Part shown: positions 29,431-38,681 of the stretch, in pieces
Layout of the letters: each line of letters opens with the position of its first letter
Numbering within the stretch: the first letter of the stretch is position 1
Virus record (IMG/VR): IMGVR_UViG_3300050821_005171
Coordinates: 1-64,000 of that record
Strand: one strand, 5' to 3'
Length of the DNA: 64,000 nt
Source of the DNA: a virus
Translations under genes and position numbers: made by a program
The notes under the pieces: model-generated
Databases searched by the model: none
Seen by the model: only the letters and a program-made list of their open reading frames with translations
Told to the model about the DNA's origin: nothing

Positions 29431-29863
29431 CGTCACGATCCCGATCCACTGGCCCGCTGGCGGCATTCTTAACCAGCACACGATCACGATCATGCTCTTG
29501 GGCGGAGCGGCGGCGTGGGGCGTCCTGGCGATCCACAATGCGTTTGGGCACGGCAAGAGCTTATTGGAGTCCATCACGCTCGGGATCGTGTCGGCCGAGT
29601 CGCTGCTCGAAGCTGCGTCGAAGGTTTGGCCGGCGGCCAAGGGCGGCGCCACAGAAGCCGAGAGGGATGCGGCTATTGCGTTGCGAGTGTTGCAGATTCT
29701 TGAGCAGCAACGGCAGCAGCCCGACGCTCCCCCTGGACCAGATCAGAAAATACTCCCTAAGCCTTCCCCAGCACCGGACCCCGGCCCGCTCAACCCTCCG
29801 GCAGTGACCCCACAACACGCCGCGTATCTGGCCAATCAAGCTGCACATCAAACCGTCCTGTGA
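29408..29863 (+). CDS. Membrane protein with Pro-rich tail
   Basis: TM segment ITIMLLGGAAAWGVLAI. Confidence 0.55.
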   Translation: MLQILLADVTIPIHWPAGGILNQHTITIMLLGGAAAWGVLAIHNAFGHGKSLLESITLGIVSAESLLEAASKVWPAAKGGATEAERDAAIALRVLQILEQQRQQPDAPPGPDQKILPKPSPAPDPGPLNPPAVTPQHAAYLANQAAHQTVL

Positions 29864-29872
29864 GGTGATGTC

Positions 29873-30721
29873 TTGGCGCGAACTGACTTCTACCTGGGCT
29901 GGAACAAGGACCAGGAGCGGCGTGATCTGCTGTGGAAGAACCACACGCCGTTCGACTGGACGCGACTGAGGGCCGCATCGCCGCTGCCCGAGTTCGATCC
30001 GAGGCCGGTGCTCGCTCCACCAAAAGATCAGATGCAGACTTCGGAATGCGTGGCCTTCAGCGGGGCACTCCTTGGGGAATTGCTGAATTGGATCAAGACG
30101 CAGGGAGCGCTTATCCGATTCTCTGAGCCTCACCGCTACATTACTTCGCAAGAAAGGTCACAGCCACCAACAACAGGAAGCGATGACGGAGCCCTGATCC
30201 AAGGCTCGATTGATTCGATGCGCATGGATGGATTCGCGCTTTCAGAGACGATGCCATTCACTGGGTCTTACGTGCCCCAAGTGACACAAGCAGCGAGGGA
30301 TCAGGGACTACTTCACAAGATCAACAACTACGCCCATATTGATGGATATAATTCCGCCTTTACGTGGCTGTCTCTCGGCATTGGATGCATCCAAATTGGA
30401 ATTCCTGTCTGCGATTCTTTTATGCAGCTCACAGGCAAGGATTGCATCCTCGACGAAAGCGGATTCAAGGGATCGGTAAAGGGCGGACACGCCCTGGCAA
30501 TCATTGGATATGTTGCACGCAAGGACGCACAAGGGCGAAACTACCTGATCCTCCAAAATTCATGGGCAAGTGTCTGGGGTGACCAAGGATGCTGCCTAGT
30601 CGATCCAGCTACATTTGACCGCATTTGCAAGTCCCAAAAGTGCGAGGTCTGGGGGATCACCGATCTCACATCGTATGAAGATGCTTCAGGAAGGCTCGAT
30701 TTCTCGGGGTTTCACATCTAG
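29873..30721 (+). CDS. Papain-like cysteine peptidase (C1 family)
   Basis: DQMQTSECVAFS (Cys), GGHALAIIGY (His), LQNSW (Asn). Confidence 0.9.
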   Translation: MARTDFYLGWNKDQERRDLLWKNHTPFDWTRLRAASPLPEFDPRPVLAPPKDQMQTSECVAFSGALLGELLNWIKTQGALIRFSEPHRYITSQERSQPPTTGSDDGALIQGSIDSMRMDGFALSETMPFTGSYVPQVTQAARDQGLLHKINNYAHIDGYNSAFTWLSLGIGCIQIGIPVCDSFMQLTGKDCILDESGFKGSVKGGHALAIIGYVARKDAQGRNYLILQNSWASVWGDQGCCLVDPATFDRICKSQKCEVWGITDLTSYEDASGRLDFSGFHI

Positions 30722-30789
30722 GCCAAAAACGAAGAGCAGGAGCGTTTCTACCGCCCTGCTCTTCCTGGACACCGAAAGGATTGTTTTCG

Positions 30790-31269
30790 ATGCCATTACA
30801 GAGGAATCGTATCCCACTTGCAGTCAGGTTCAAAAGGCACATCAGCGAACGGCTTCCGAACGGATGCATTTTATGGATAGGAACAGTTAACAGCCGAGGA
30901 TACGGATCGATCAATAACGGCTACGGAAAGATGCTCTATGCGCACCGCGTCGCCTGGGAACTGGCGAATGGCCCAATTCCGGCTGGACTTTTCGCCTGCC
31001 ATCGCTGCGATGTCCGACGCTGCGTGAATCCCGAGCATCTATTCCTTGGAACAGTCTCCGACAACCAAGCAGATATGGTTGCCAAGGGACGCAGCAACAG
31101 GGGCGAGAGGCACGGAAATGTCAGAGTCACCGAGCCGATCGTCCGAGAAATTCGGGCCAAATACGCGGCAGGCGGAATCACGATGGTCGAGCTTGCTATA
31201 GAGTATGGCGTTTGCAGAACGAACATCCTTCATATCGTGAACAGAAAATCCTGGAAACACGTAACCTGA
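30790..31269 (+). CDS. HNH homing endonuclease
   Basis: CILWIG...AHRVAW...CHRCDVRRCVNPEHLFLGT plus C-terminal HTH. Confidence 0.9.
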   Translation: MPLQRNRIPLAVRFKRHISERLPNGCILWIGTVNSRGYGSINNGYGKMLYAHRVAWELANGPIPAGLFACHRCDVRRCVNPEHLFLGTVSDNQADMVAKGRSNRGERHGNVRVTEPIVREIRAKYAAGGITMVELAIEYGVCRTNILHIVNRKSWKHVT

Positions 31270-32138
31270 TGTCCGCTCCGATCGACTGCATAGACTGTCG
31301 CCTGCTCCACGCCTGCTGCGTGATCGAGCGGATCGACTACGGCGCATCCAGCATCAATTGGACGGTGCCACCAGTCGACTTCTACGACAAGTCTGGCGAT
31401 GACGGCTGCCTGATCGGCTGCATCCCAGAAGGCGTCGTCGTGGCGTTTCGGGGGACCGAAGCGCCCAACGATTCGTCGGTTCCAGTTAAGCAGAGGCTGC
31501 TCGATTGGTGCTCAGATTTCGAGGCCAACCTTCGGCCGATGGGTACGCTGCCAGGGCTCGTTCACAACGGCTATGCCTCATCGCTTGAGGAACTGTGGCC
31601 GCAGATTGAAGCGAAGCTGATGGAGCTGCTGTCGCCAGGCGCGACAGTCTTCCTCACTGGACATTCAAAAGGCGGCGGAATGGCCGTTCTGGCAGCAGCA
31701 CGCCTCCACATGGAGTGCAGCCACTGGGCAACCGGCATGATCGATGTTGCGACATTCGCGTCCCCAAGGGCCGGAAACGACACGTTTGCCGCAGAGTTCA
31801 ACAAGGCTTTCCCTGCGTGCCGACGCTACGAATTTGGAAACGACCTAGTCGTGCATTTACCACCACACAGCAACGTCATGGCCCTCCTGAATATGTACGT
31901 TGGGGACTTTTCTCGCTGGATTGACGTCGATTACCAGTCGGTCGGCGAGCTAATCTACATAGCTAAAGATGGTGTGCCGGTCTTCAACACCCAGAGCGTC
32001 CGTGGAGAATGGCTGGCAGCCGAACGATTGGCCGGGATTACCGAAATGCTGGCCACCCTTAACTTTGAACAGATCGTGACAAATCACAGAATCGACGCGG
32101 GTTCCGGCTACATGAGAGGGGTTTGCCGAAATGAATAA
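31269..32138 (+). CDS. Class 3 lipase
   Basis: VVAFRGT, VHNGY, TGHSKGG, TFASPRAGN, NDLVVHLP. Confidence 0.9.
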   Translation: MSAPIDCIDCRLLHACCVIERIDYGASSINWTVPPVDFYDKSGDDGCLIGCIPEGVVVAFRGTEAPNDSSVPVKQRLLDWCSDFEANLRPMGTLPGLVHNGYASSLEELWPQIEAKLMELLSPGATVFLTGHSKGGGMAVLAAARLHMECSHWATGMIDVATFASPRAGNDTFAAEFNKAFPACRRYEFGNDLVVHLPPHSNVMALLNMYVGDFSRWIDVDYQSVGELIYIAKDGVPVFNTQSVRGEWLAAERLAGITEMLATLNFEQIVTNHRIDAGSGYMRGVCRNE

Positions 32139-33429
32139 GACAGGAGTTCTTCTCGTCTGCGGAGTGCTCGCACTCGGCTATTGTCTGTTTTCCAAACCAA
32201 CCGAACAACCAGCCTCGGCCAGCCAAAGTGCGACCCCTGAGCAACAGGCTCAACCACAACCCAGCACATTCGACAAATTCATCGCCGATTGGCGCCCTGA
32301 ACATCGCGAGGAAACAAAAGCGCTCGGCCCGGTGAAAGACGCACCCAAAGAGCCGGAGGTCACGCTGCCTAAAGTGCAGGAACTGATCGAAAAGGCCGTC
32401 AAAGAGAAGGCCCAAGAAGACAAGCCTGTGATGCAGGTGATCCCGCAGGCAGAGCCGAAACCACACCATTCAGCGGCCACGAGAAAGATGAGCCGATCCG
32501 AGAGGCTCCTGCACGTTCCGGATGATCCGGCGCCTTCGGCATTTAAACTCACGGTGCTTGAAAAACGCGACATTCCCGTTGGATTCACCGGACCGGTGAT
32601 CTACTCGGCAAGTTGGTGTGAATGGTGCCCAGTTGAAAAACGGGACGTCAGGGCGGCCGGATATGCTTCCAAGTTCCGGATGGTCGAGTTGCGCAGTGAG
32701 TCCGAAGCCAAGTCCCGTCACATGGAAGAGTTGCCGGTCACAGTGTTCTTCCGGAATGGCATAGAGGTCGAGCGAACGACCGGCTACGACGGAACGCAGA
32801 AGCGACTCAACACGATTCTTCGCCACACGGACGCTCTATTCCGGGAAGCGTCATACACTCCACCGCCGGCACCTGGCGTCAAAGGTGACGCCCTCGATGA
32901 CGATCCTGTCGCTCCCGTCCAGCAACCATCATGCTCGACTCCCAAAGCTGCGCCACTGTCAGCCCCGCTTTGTTCGAGCCCGGCAAGCAGCATAGCTGCT
33001 TCGTGCTCGGCCCCTGCAACGACGTACACCGAAGTCCGTTCGTGCGCGACCCCTGACCACCCGGTTCTAGGCTATGTGGCCAACTCGGCTTCGTGTTCAA
33101 GCCCGTCCAGCAGCTACGCCTATGCCGCACCGTCGTGCTCCAGCCCGTCGAGCGTCGCCTATGCTTCGGCACCGGTCACGTATTCGTACGCGCTTCCGAC
33201 CTACAGTTATGCGGCTCCGAGTTGCAGCAGCCCGAGCTATTCGTATGGAGGCGGGAACTGTGGATCGCCCGGAGGTGGCGGTGGTGACGTGCTTGGATAC
33301 GGAGGAGGCTGGGGAAGAAATTACGGCTACTCGCCGAGCTACGGATATGGCGGTGGTTACGGAGGCGGATGGGGTGGCGGAGCATATGCCGGGAATTGTC
33401 CCGGAGGCGTCTGTTATCCTCGCTGGTAA
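32131..33429 (+). CDS. Exported thioredoxin-fold protein with Cys/Ser/Tyr/Gly-rich tail
   Basis: YSASWCEWC, LPVTVFFRNG; SCSSP repeats. Confidence 0.75.
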   Translation: MNKTGVLLVCGVLALGYCLFSKPTEQPASASQSATPEQQAQPQPSTFDKFIADWRPEHREETKALGPVKDAPKEPEVTLPKVQELIEKAVKEKAQEDKPVMQVIPQAEPKPHHSAATRKMSRSERLLHVPDDPAPSAFKLTVLEKRDIPVGFTGPVIYSASWCEWCPVEKRDVRAAGYASKFRMVELRSESEAKSRHMEELPVTVFFRNGIEVERTTGYDGTQKRLNTILRHTDALFREASYTPPPAPGVKGDALDDDPVAPVQQPSCSTPKAAPLSAPLCSSPASSIAASCSAPATTYTEVRSCATPDHPVLGYVANSASCSSPSSSYAYAAPSCSSPSSVAYASAPVTYSYALPTYSYAAPSCSSPSYSYGGGNCGSPGGGGGDVLGYGGGWGRNYGYSPSYGYGGGYGGGWGGGAYAGNCPGGVCYPRW

Positions 33430-33448
33430 AAACCAAGGGAACCAAACT

Positions 33449-33670
33449 GTGACGAAAAGCAAAGACTCCGACGCAGTGACGGCTGCCAAGATCACGGCGG
33501 CCAGCAACATCATCGTGGCATACGTCAACGCGGGAAACCAAGTTCGTTTGAGTGGCCACAGCGAGATCGATGTCCTGGAACATCGTGGGTTCACCGGCGA
33601 CCTGCACGACGTTGTTGAAGGCTCGATCGCGACTCTCAAAGAACACCTTTGCGGCGGCACGGAAGCATAA
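33449..33670 (+). CDS. Hypothetical protein
   Basis: GTG start after AAGGGA. Confidence 0.5.
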   Translation: MTKSKDSDAVTAAKITAASNIIVAYVNAGNQVRLSGHSEIDVLEHRGFTGDLHDVVEGSIATLKEHLCGGTEA

Positions 33671-33690
33671 CACCAAAAGCGACCGCAATC

Positions 33691-33888
33691 GTGTTGTGGA
33701 AACCAACCCTAACCACCAAGCAACTCTGGAGCCTCTGTGCGTCCCTCGTAATCCTGTGCGTCATGCTGATGATCGGATGCTGCATGACATGGGCCGAAAA
33801 CGTCGGCTTGCGCTACCAGCAGGAACAGACCGCCAAAAAGCTGGATCGCGTGCTGGAGATTGCCGAAAAATTCAACAAGCCCGAGTAA
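33691..33888 (+). CDS. Small membrane protein
   Basis: Single TM. Confidence 0.45.
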   Translation: MLWKPTLTTKQLWSLCASLVILCVMLMIGCCMTWAENVGLRYQQEQTAKKLDRVLEIAEKFNKPE

Positions 33889-33902
33889 CGAAAGGACCCA
33901 AC

Positions 33903-34262
33903 ATGAAGCTGTTTCTCGTTCAACTGCTGGCCGAGGTGGCAATTCTGATCGGGATGGCCGATACCTCCCAGGGCCAGGACTACGTCTACCGGGTTGTTCG
34001 TCCGGCGCGTCCCGCCAAAGTGAAGGTCTACGCAACTTACCCATCCTACGGTTACGTCGCACCGGTCGTTTCGGCCCCGGTGGCTGCGTCCTACAGCTAT
34101 GCCTATCCAGCGGCCTACGGCTACTCCTACGCGGCTCCGGTTGCTTACCCGGGCACTTATGGGTACTACGGGTACGGAACGCCAGCCTGGGGCTCGTATG
34201 GAGCTTGGGCCGCTCCTCCAGCATCCAGAGGAGTGGGTTTCAACATCGGGTTTAGCTGGTAA
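33903..34262 (+). CDS. Secreted Tyr/Pro/Ala/Gly-rich protein
   Basis: Signal peptide, YAYPAAYGY repeats, ends GFNIGFSW. Confidence 0.7.
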   Translation: MKLFLVQLLAEVAILIGMADTSQGQDYVYRVVRPARPAKVKVYATYPSYGYVAPVVSAPVAASYSYAYPAAYGYSYAAPVAYPGTYGYYGYGTPAWGSYGAWAAPPASRGVGFNIGFSW

Positions 34263-34279
34263 CCCACCTTGCAAAAGTG

Positions 34280-34301
34280 TTGCGAAATCGTTTCGCAATA
34301 G
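34280..34301 (+). promoter_or_regulatory. Motif B copy within palindrome TTGCGAAATCGTTTCGCAA
   Basis: 17/18 identical to the 23513 copy in transcription orientation. Confidence 0.7.
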
Positions 34302-34357
34302 AACGCAAGTATTTACACAGCAATCGGTAACAAACAACGCGAAGGGACGAAATTAGC

Positions 34358-34717
34358 ATGCCAACCGTCACAATCGACAAAACAGCCCTCGACGCGATCG
34401 TCACGGCGATCACCGGGATGGCCACGGCCGTCGCCACACTTGAGAATGACCTTCAGTCACAAGCTGACAGTGGGGCAGCACTTGCGGCTGCAACCGACGA
34501 CAAGGCGGCCAAGGATGCGGCGGTCACTGCCGATGATGCGGCGCTCCAGACGGCTTACAAGGCCGTCACGGACGCCTTTACTGCGGCCAACATCCCAGTT
34601 CCCCCAATCCCGACGCCAACTCCGCCAGTGGTTCCGAGCCCGACTCCGACCCCGGCGGCACTCCGGATGCGAGCTAAGGGCCTGATCCCCCACGGAGCAG
34701 TCAAGAAGGCACCTTAA
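34358..34717 (+). CDS. Ala-rich coiled-coil protein with Pro-Thr tail
   Basis: ORF followed by terminator. Confidence 0.65.
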   Translation: MPTVTIDKTALDAIVTAITGMATAVATLENDLQSQADSGAALAAATDDKAAKDAAVTADDAALQTAYKAVTDAFTAANIPVPPIPTPTPPVVPSPTPTPAALRMRAKGLIPHGAVKKAP

Positions 34718-34764
34718 GCCAGGAACGTCATTCAGCGGAGGCCCTCTGCTGAATCCTGCGGTCG

Positions 34765-34807
34765 CAGCCCCGGCGCGTGCATGGATAGCCGCACCGGGGC
34801 TGTTTTT
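34765..34807 (+). terminator. Intrinsic terminator
   Basis: CAGCCCCGG...CCGGGGCTG then TTTTT. Confidence 0.75.
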
Positions 34808-35638
34808 GTTGAATCAGGTTGACTATCTGGCAGCCTTCCGGCAGAATCTCCTGCTTATGCACTGGGCTCAATTGATGATCCAAAACTCAGAATCTTCGCG
34901 TTGTTGCCGGCTGGCTACTCGCGATCTCCAAGCCCCAGCAATGATACCTGCCCGGTGCATTTGCTGGGGTTTGCTTTTGATAGGACCGTAAAAACCAAAA
35001 GCCCGGGGCTTCAGCTCCCCGGGCTTCGGTTGAATCCATTCCCAAGCACGCTTTTAATCCGCCAAGATCGTAAGGGCTCGGTGTATGTACGATAGACCCA
35101 CTGGAGCCAGCAGTCAAGCCCCATCGACCAGTCTGAACCCAATTTTTACATGCGCCCATGCTCACTGAGAGCGTGGGCGTTTTTGTTTGCGCTCATCATA
35201 GCCCACCTGTTCGGGCAACACGGCATTCAGCAAGTCCTATGGCGACGCCGTTCCTGAGCCCGTAACTGGGGTCACCTTTGGGTGATGGAGAAGGTCGCTA
35301 ACGTGGCAGAGTCCTAGATTTTTGGGGGATAAAGGGGGCGCGCCATGGTTGGCTCCCGGTTGCCTCCTACCAGCGCTCACTGGCATGGGCCAATCGATCC
35401 CACATGGCGCGCTAACCAGCGTCCCATTCCAATTACGGAAGAGTGTTACGCTAGACTTCCATGCAAGTTGAGCGTTCAAACCAGACAAACCGTACACGAT
35501 GGAAATTCAGCTCTGGACGATCAACCTCCCAGCTTGGATGCGAATTCCCGTCTTCTCCCACGCAGATCAGACAATCAAGCCACCAGAACGCTCCCAGGCG
35601 CGCGCATGACCCCCGGAAATTTTTAGGAGTTGTTAACA

Positions 35639-35857
35639 ATGTCGAGACGAGACTGGACCAGAGACAACTACGGACGGAACATCGATCCGACTGCTAAACC
35701 AGACTGCACTGTGTGTCACGGCCGTGGAGTGCTTATCACCTACCCACCTCCGAGCGGATGGCGGCCGGTTGAGGCAGAATGCTACGGCTGCATCGAGAAC
35801 CGTGACGACGAAAGCAAGCTGGCGACAGAGTACATCGAGCGCCCAAACCGATTATGA
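35639..35857 (+). CDS. Small Zn-finger protein (CxxCxGxG)
   Basis: CTVCHGRG...CYGC; AGGAG RBS. Confidence 0.65.
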   Translation: MSRRDWTRDNYGRNIDPTAKPDCTVCHGRGVLITYPPPSGWRPVEAECYGCIENRDDESKLATEYIERPNRL

Positions 35858-35865
35858 TTTCACGC

Positions 35866-35893
35866 TTGCACTGTGCTTACAACGTGCTACAAT
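35866..35893 (+). promoter_or_regulatory. sigma70-like promoter TTGCAC-N16-TACAAT with motif A in spacer
   Basis: GTGCTTACAACGTGC at 35873-35887. Confidence 0.8.
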
Positions 35894-35903
35894 ACGGGCC
35901 GTC

Positions 35904-36515
35904 ATGGATCAAGCCAAACGCGATAAGAAGAATGCGCGAGCCCGCGCCGCGTATCGCAAAAAAGTCGGATACAATCCGCATCAACAGCAACACTGCGTCG
36001 TGTGCGGGAAAGGATTTATTAAACGTAATGGCAACCAAATCATTTGTTCTGGCCGATGTCGTCGCAGGCGCGAAAAAGAATACTTCATAAACCGCCCAGG
36101 CCGCGTCGCCGCCCGCGCCGCCCGCGCCGCAGGCTACCAACGGACCTGCAAGTTTTGCGGCTCGGATTTCATCGCACATCATGGCAATAAAGTCTCGTGC
36201 GAGACGTGCCAGTTATCTGGAAAACGAGAGCGCTGCAACAAGAGGGGGCAGCGCAATCCACTGGCGATTCGTTTCAGAAGCTGGATGCGCCAGCGTGGCG
36301 TATCCAATTCATCATTGTCTGCTGCCGAACGAAATCAATTACGATCCCTCTTCGAGCAGCAAGTAAAGGAAGAGTTATGCCTACGGAAGTCAAGAAGGGC
36401 ACTCAAAAAACTGCGAATCCTGTTCAACAAGGGACAGGTAAGCCCCAGTGCCTTGAAATCGCTAAAGCAGGAATTAGCACCGGAAGCCAGTTCGCAACCT
36501 TCATGTCCCGACTGA
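35904..36515 (+). CDS. Basic Zn-finger protein
   Basis: CVVCGKGF...CSGRC, CKFCGSDF...CETC. Confidence 0.6.
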   Translation: MDQAKRDKKNARARAAYRKKVGYNPHQQQHCVVCGKGFIKRNGNQIICSGRCRRRREKEYFINRPGRVAARAARAAGYQRTCKFCGSDFIAHHGNKVSCETCQLSGKRERCNKRGQRNPLAIRFRSWMRQRGVSNSSLSAAERNQLRSLFEQQVKEELCLRKSRRALKKLRILFNKGQVSPSALKSLKQELAPEASSQPSCPD

Positions 36516-36670
36516 TGTCCGACCTGATCGAGGGCAGCATCACGCCACAGGTCGGCAACGCGGCCGTGAACGCCGGTGGCAAGCTGCTGAAGGTCGTCGA
36601 GATGCAGTACCGGTACGGCAAGTCCACGCCGGGCGGTGCTCCACGACCAGAGCTGAATTTGCTGAACTAA
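36377..36670 (+). CDS. Hypothetical protein
   Basis: AAGGA RBS; LMSDLIEGSITPQVGNA. Confidence 0.6.
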   Translation: MPTEVKKGTQKTANPVQQGTGKPQCLEIAKAGISTGSQFATFMSRLMSDLIEGSITPQVGNAAVNAGGKLLKVVEMQYRYGKSTPGGAPRPELNLLN

Positions 36671-36689
36671 CAGCATCTGGCCGTGAGCG

Positions 36690-36720
36690 AAACGGGCGGG
36701 AAACCGTCCGTTTTTCTTTT
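36690..36720 (+). terminator. Intrinsic terminator
   Basis: ACGGGCGG-GAAA-CCGTCCGT TTTTCTTTT. Confidence 0.8.
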
Positions 36721-36723
36721 CAC

Positions 36724-36752
36724 TTGCGTTGTGCTGACAACGTGCCTACAAT
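36724..36752 (+). promoter_or_regulatory. sigma70-like promoter TTGCGT-N17-TACAAT with motif A; probably leaderless
   Basis: GTGCTGACAACGTGC at 36731-36745; ATG 7 nt after the -10. Confidence 0.8.
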
Positions 36753-36759
36753 GCCGTGT

Positions 36760-36957
36760 ATGAACTTCCTGGTGCTCGCCAAGTGGACCGACATCGACTT
36801 CCTGCGTCACAGCGCATGGTTCCTAGTCGAGACGATGGAAGCTGCCGAGAGCAGCAAGCATAAACTGTGGATCGACGGGAACGATATCGATCAGTTCTGG
36901 GTTGTTCCTGTCAGTGGGGCCGTGGACCTGTGCAGGAAGAATGTCGAGGGCACATGA
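36760..36957 (+). CDS. Hypothetical protein
   Basis: First gene after promoter. Confidence 0.55.
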   Translation: MNFLVLAKWTDIDFLRHSAWFLVETMEAAESSKHKLWIDGNDIDQFWVVPVSGAVDLCRKNVEGT

Positions 36958-37151
36958 CCAAATCCAGGTACGCAATTTGTGTGCTAGTGGCCATCGCGAT
37001 CTTGGAGTTGGTCATGATCCTTGACCGAGACCATGAGATTGAGCGGTTGAAAACAGAGCGGGACCAAATCATTGAGACGGCATTTAACGCGAACGGCGCT
37101 ACGGCCGAATACTACTGCAAGAAGCTCAGGCAGCATGGGATCGAGCCATAA
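36954..37151 (+). CDS. Small membrane protein
   Basis: ATGA coupling; TM. Confidence 0.55.
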   Translation: MTKSRYAICVLVAIAILELVMILDRDHEIERLKTERDQIIETAFNANGATAEYYCKKLRQHGIEP

Positions 37152-37342
37152 TGGCCAGCGACACCAAGTTCATGACGATGATTGAGTGGGAAGGCCGAGA
37201 CGGATATCGCACGCACGATTTCAATTTCTGGGACTCGATCGAGGATGCGCGACGGTGCCGCGAAGATGCCTGGAACCGATCGCAGACGTCGAGTCGTAAG
37301 GCGGTCAGCGTCGCAATCCTCAAGGTTAAGGTGGTGGACTGA
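37151..37342 (+). CDS. Hypothetical protein
   Basis: TAATG coupling. Confidence 0.55.
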   Translation: MASDTKFMTMIEWEGRDGYRTHDFNFWDSIEDARRCREDAWNRSQTSSRKAVSVAILKVKVVD

Positions 37343-37343
37343 C

Positions 37344-37775
37344 ATGACGACAACCGACCAAGAAAACATGGACGACGCGCACCAGACCGCATGGCAGCGG
37401 CTCCGAAAGCAGAAAGAACCGCTCAAAACGCTCGCATTTCACGTTGTGTTGTGGATCGTCGTCCTACAGGGATTTCTGATCAATTGGATTGACAGGCGAG
37501 TCTGCACGCTTGAGCAGCAACCAATAACGGCAGTCCGATCCGATGAGCCTCCCGCTCAGCACCCTAAGGCTCCCGACGGATGGGTGATCATCTACCGCAA
37601 CGGGACAACACAAAAACTCAGCAACTATCCGATCATTGATCATGGAGATTGGATCGTTCGCGGAGAGAACGGCGAGATCACTCGCATCCCAGGCATCCAC
37701 GCTTTGGTGCGGCAGAGTGACTTTGATTCGATGCCGCATCTGGTCGGGAAGAAAACGGCGGAGCCCAAGCCATGA
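37344..37775 (+). CDS. Membrane-anchored hypothetical protein
   Basis: One TM. Confidence 0.55.
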   Translation: MTTTDQENMDDAHQTAWQRLRKQKEPLKTLAFHVVLWIVVLQGFLINWIDRRVCTLEQQPITAVRSDEPPAQHPKAPDGWVIIYRNGTTQKLSNYPIIDHGDWIVRGENGEITRIPGIHALVRQSDFDSMPHLVGKKTAEPKP

Positions 37776-37972
37776 CACACGGAGTCGCCCTGCTAATTGC
37801 TGCTGGAGCCCTTGGGTGTTGGGCAGAACTAATGCAGATTTCGTCTAGGGTTAGGCGATCCAAGCACGATTTCGCTTACTACTTCGTTCTTTGGTCGGTT
37901 TGCGCTACCGCTGGGTTCTGCTTGGCGTCCGGGGCCATGTGGTGCATGTTCGGGGAGCCGCAAAAGCTATAG
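37772..37972 (+). CDS. Small 2-TM protein
   Basis: ATGA coupling. Confidence 0.5.
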   Translation: MTHGVALLIAAGALGCWAELMQISSRVRRSKHDFAYYFVLWSVCATAGFCLASGAMWCMFGEPQKL

Positions 37973-38008
37973 ACGCCAGTTTCCGAAACCACTTTTGAAA
38001 GGACCCCA

Positions 38009-38491
38009 GTGAGAATTTTTGTGAAAGTGTTTTTGCTAACCGCGATCGCAGTTTTCTACTTGGCCGCAACCTCCCAGGCCGGCGTCCCGCTCATCACGTC
38101 ATCCAATGTTCCAAACGGGACACTCAGCGGCACCGACGCAGCGCTGAACGGCGGGATCACCATCCAAAATATCGGTGGCACCCAAAGCCCGAAGTGGCCG
38201 ACACAAACCTGGATTCTGTGCGTCGACTTCACCTACTTCGACGCGTACATGAACCCGCTTCCGGGGTACACAAACGGCGCTGATGAACTCACGTTTGGCA
38301 TCTTGCCGAATCCGATCCAAGCCTACAGTTCAGGCTGCACAGATCAGATCGTCGATCCTGATTCACCTTACGGTTGGGTGTACTGCCGGATGGACTTCAT
38401 GGTCTGCAATTACGCGCCGGGCTACCTCAATGTGCTTTACACCTACCCGGACTACAGACTCATCGACAACACTGGCGCTACGCTCCACTAG
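38009..38491 (+). CDS. Secreted hypothetical protein
   Basis: Signal peptide ending SQA; AAGGA RBS. Confidence 0.6.
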   Translation: MRIFVKVFLLTAIAVFYLAATSQAGVPLITSSNVPNGTLSGTDAALNGGITIQNIGGTQSPKWPTQTWILCVDFTYFDAYMNPLPGYTNGADELTFGILPNPIQAYSSGCTDQIVDPDSPYGWVYCRMDFMVCNYAPGYLNVLYTYPDYRLIDNTGATLH

Positions 38492-38501
38492 GGGGGCTTA
38501 A

Positions 38502-38681
38502 GTGAAGGTCAAGGAACAACCATTACCCAAGGGCTTTAACTGCCACATCTGTGGCAAGTGGAACGACTTTGGTCCGGTAGTGCTTGCGTCATGGAACGAC
38601 ACGATCATCGTCAAGTGCCATGCGTGCCCGGCGAAATCTAAAATCAGACGCGGCAAGGTCGAGCCGATCAGGGAGAAGTGA
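38502..38681 (+). CDS. 59-aa Zn-ribbon protein
   Basis: Manual translation with CHICGK...CHAC; not in the ORF track. Confidence 0.55.
   Translation: MKVKEQPLPKGFNCHICGKWNDFGPVVLASWNDTIIVKCHACPAKSKIRRGKVEPIREK

Noticed and set aside
30722-31269. Group I intron around the HNH between protease and lipase
   Set aside because: Both flanking genes are complete and there is no room for an intron core; free-standing HNH
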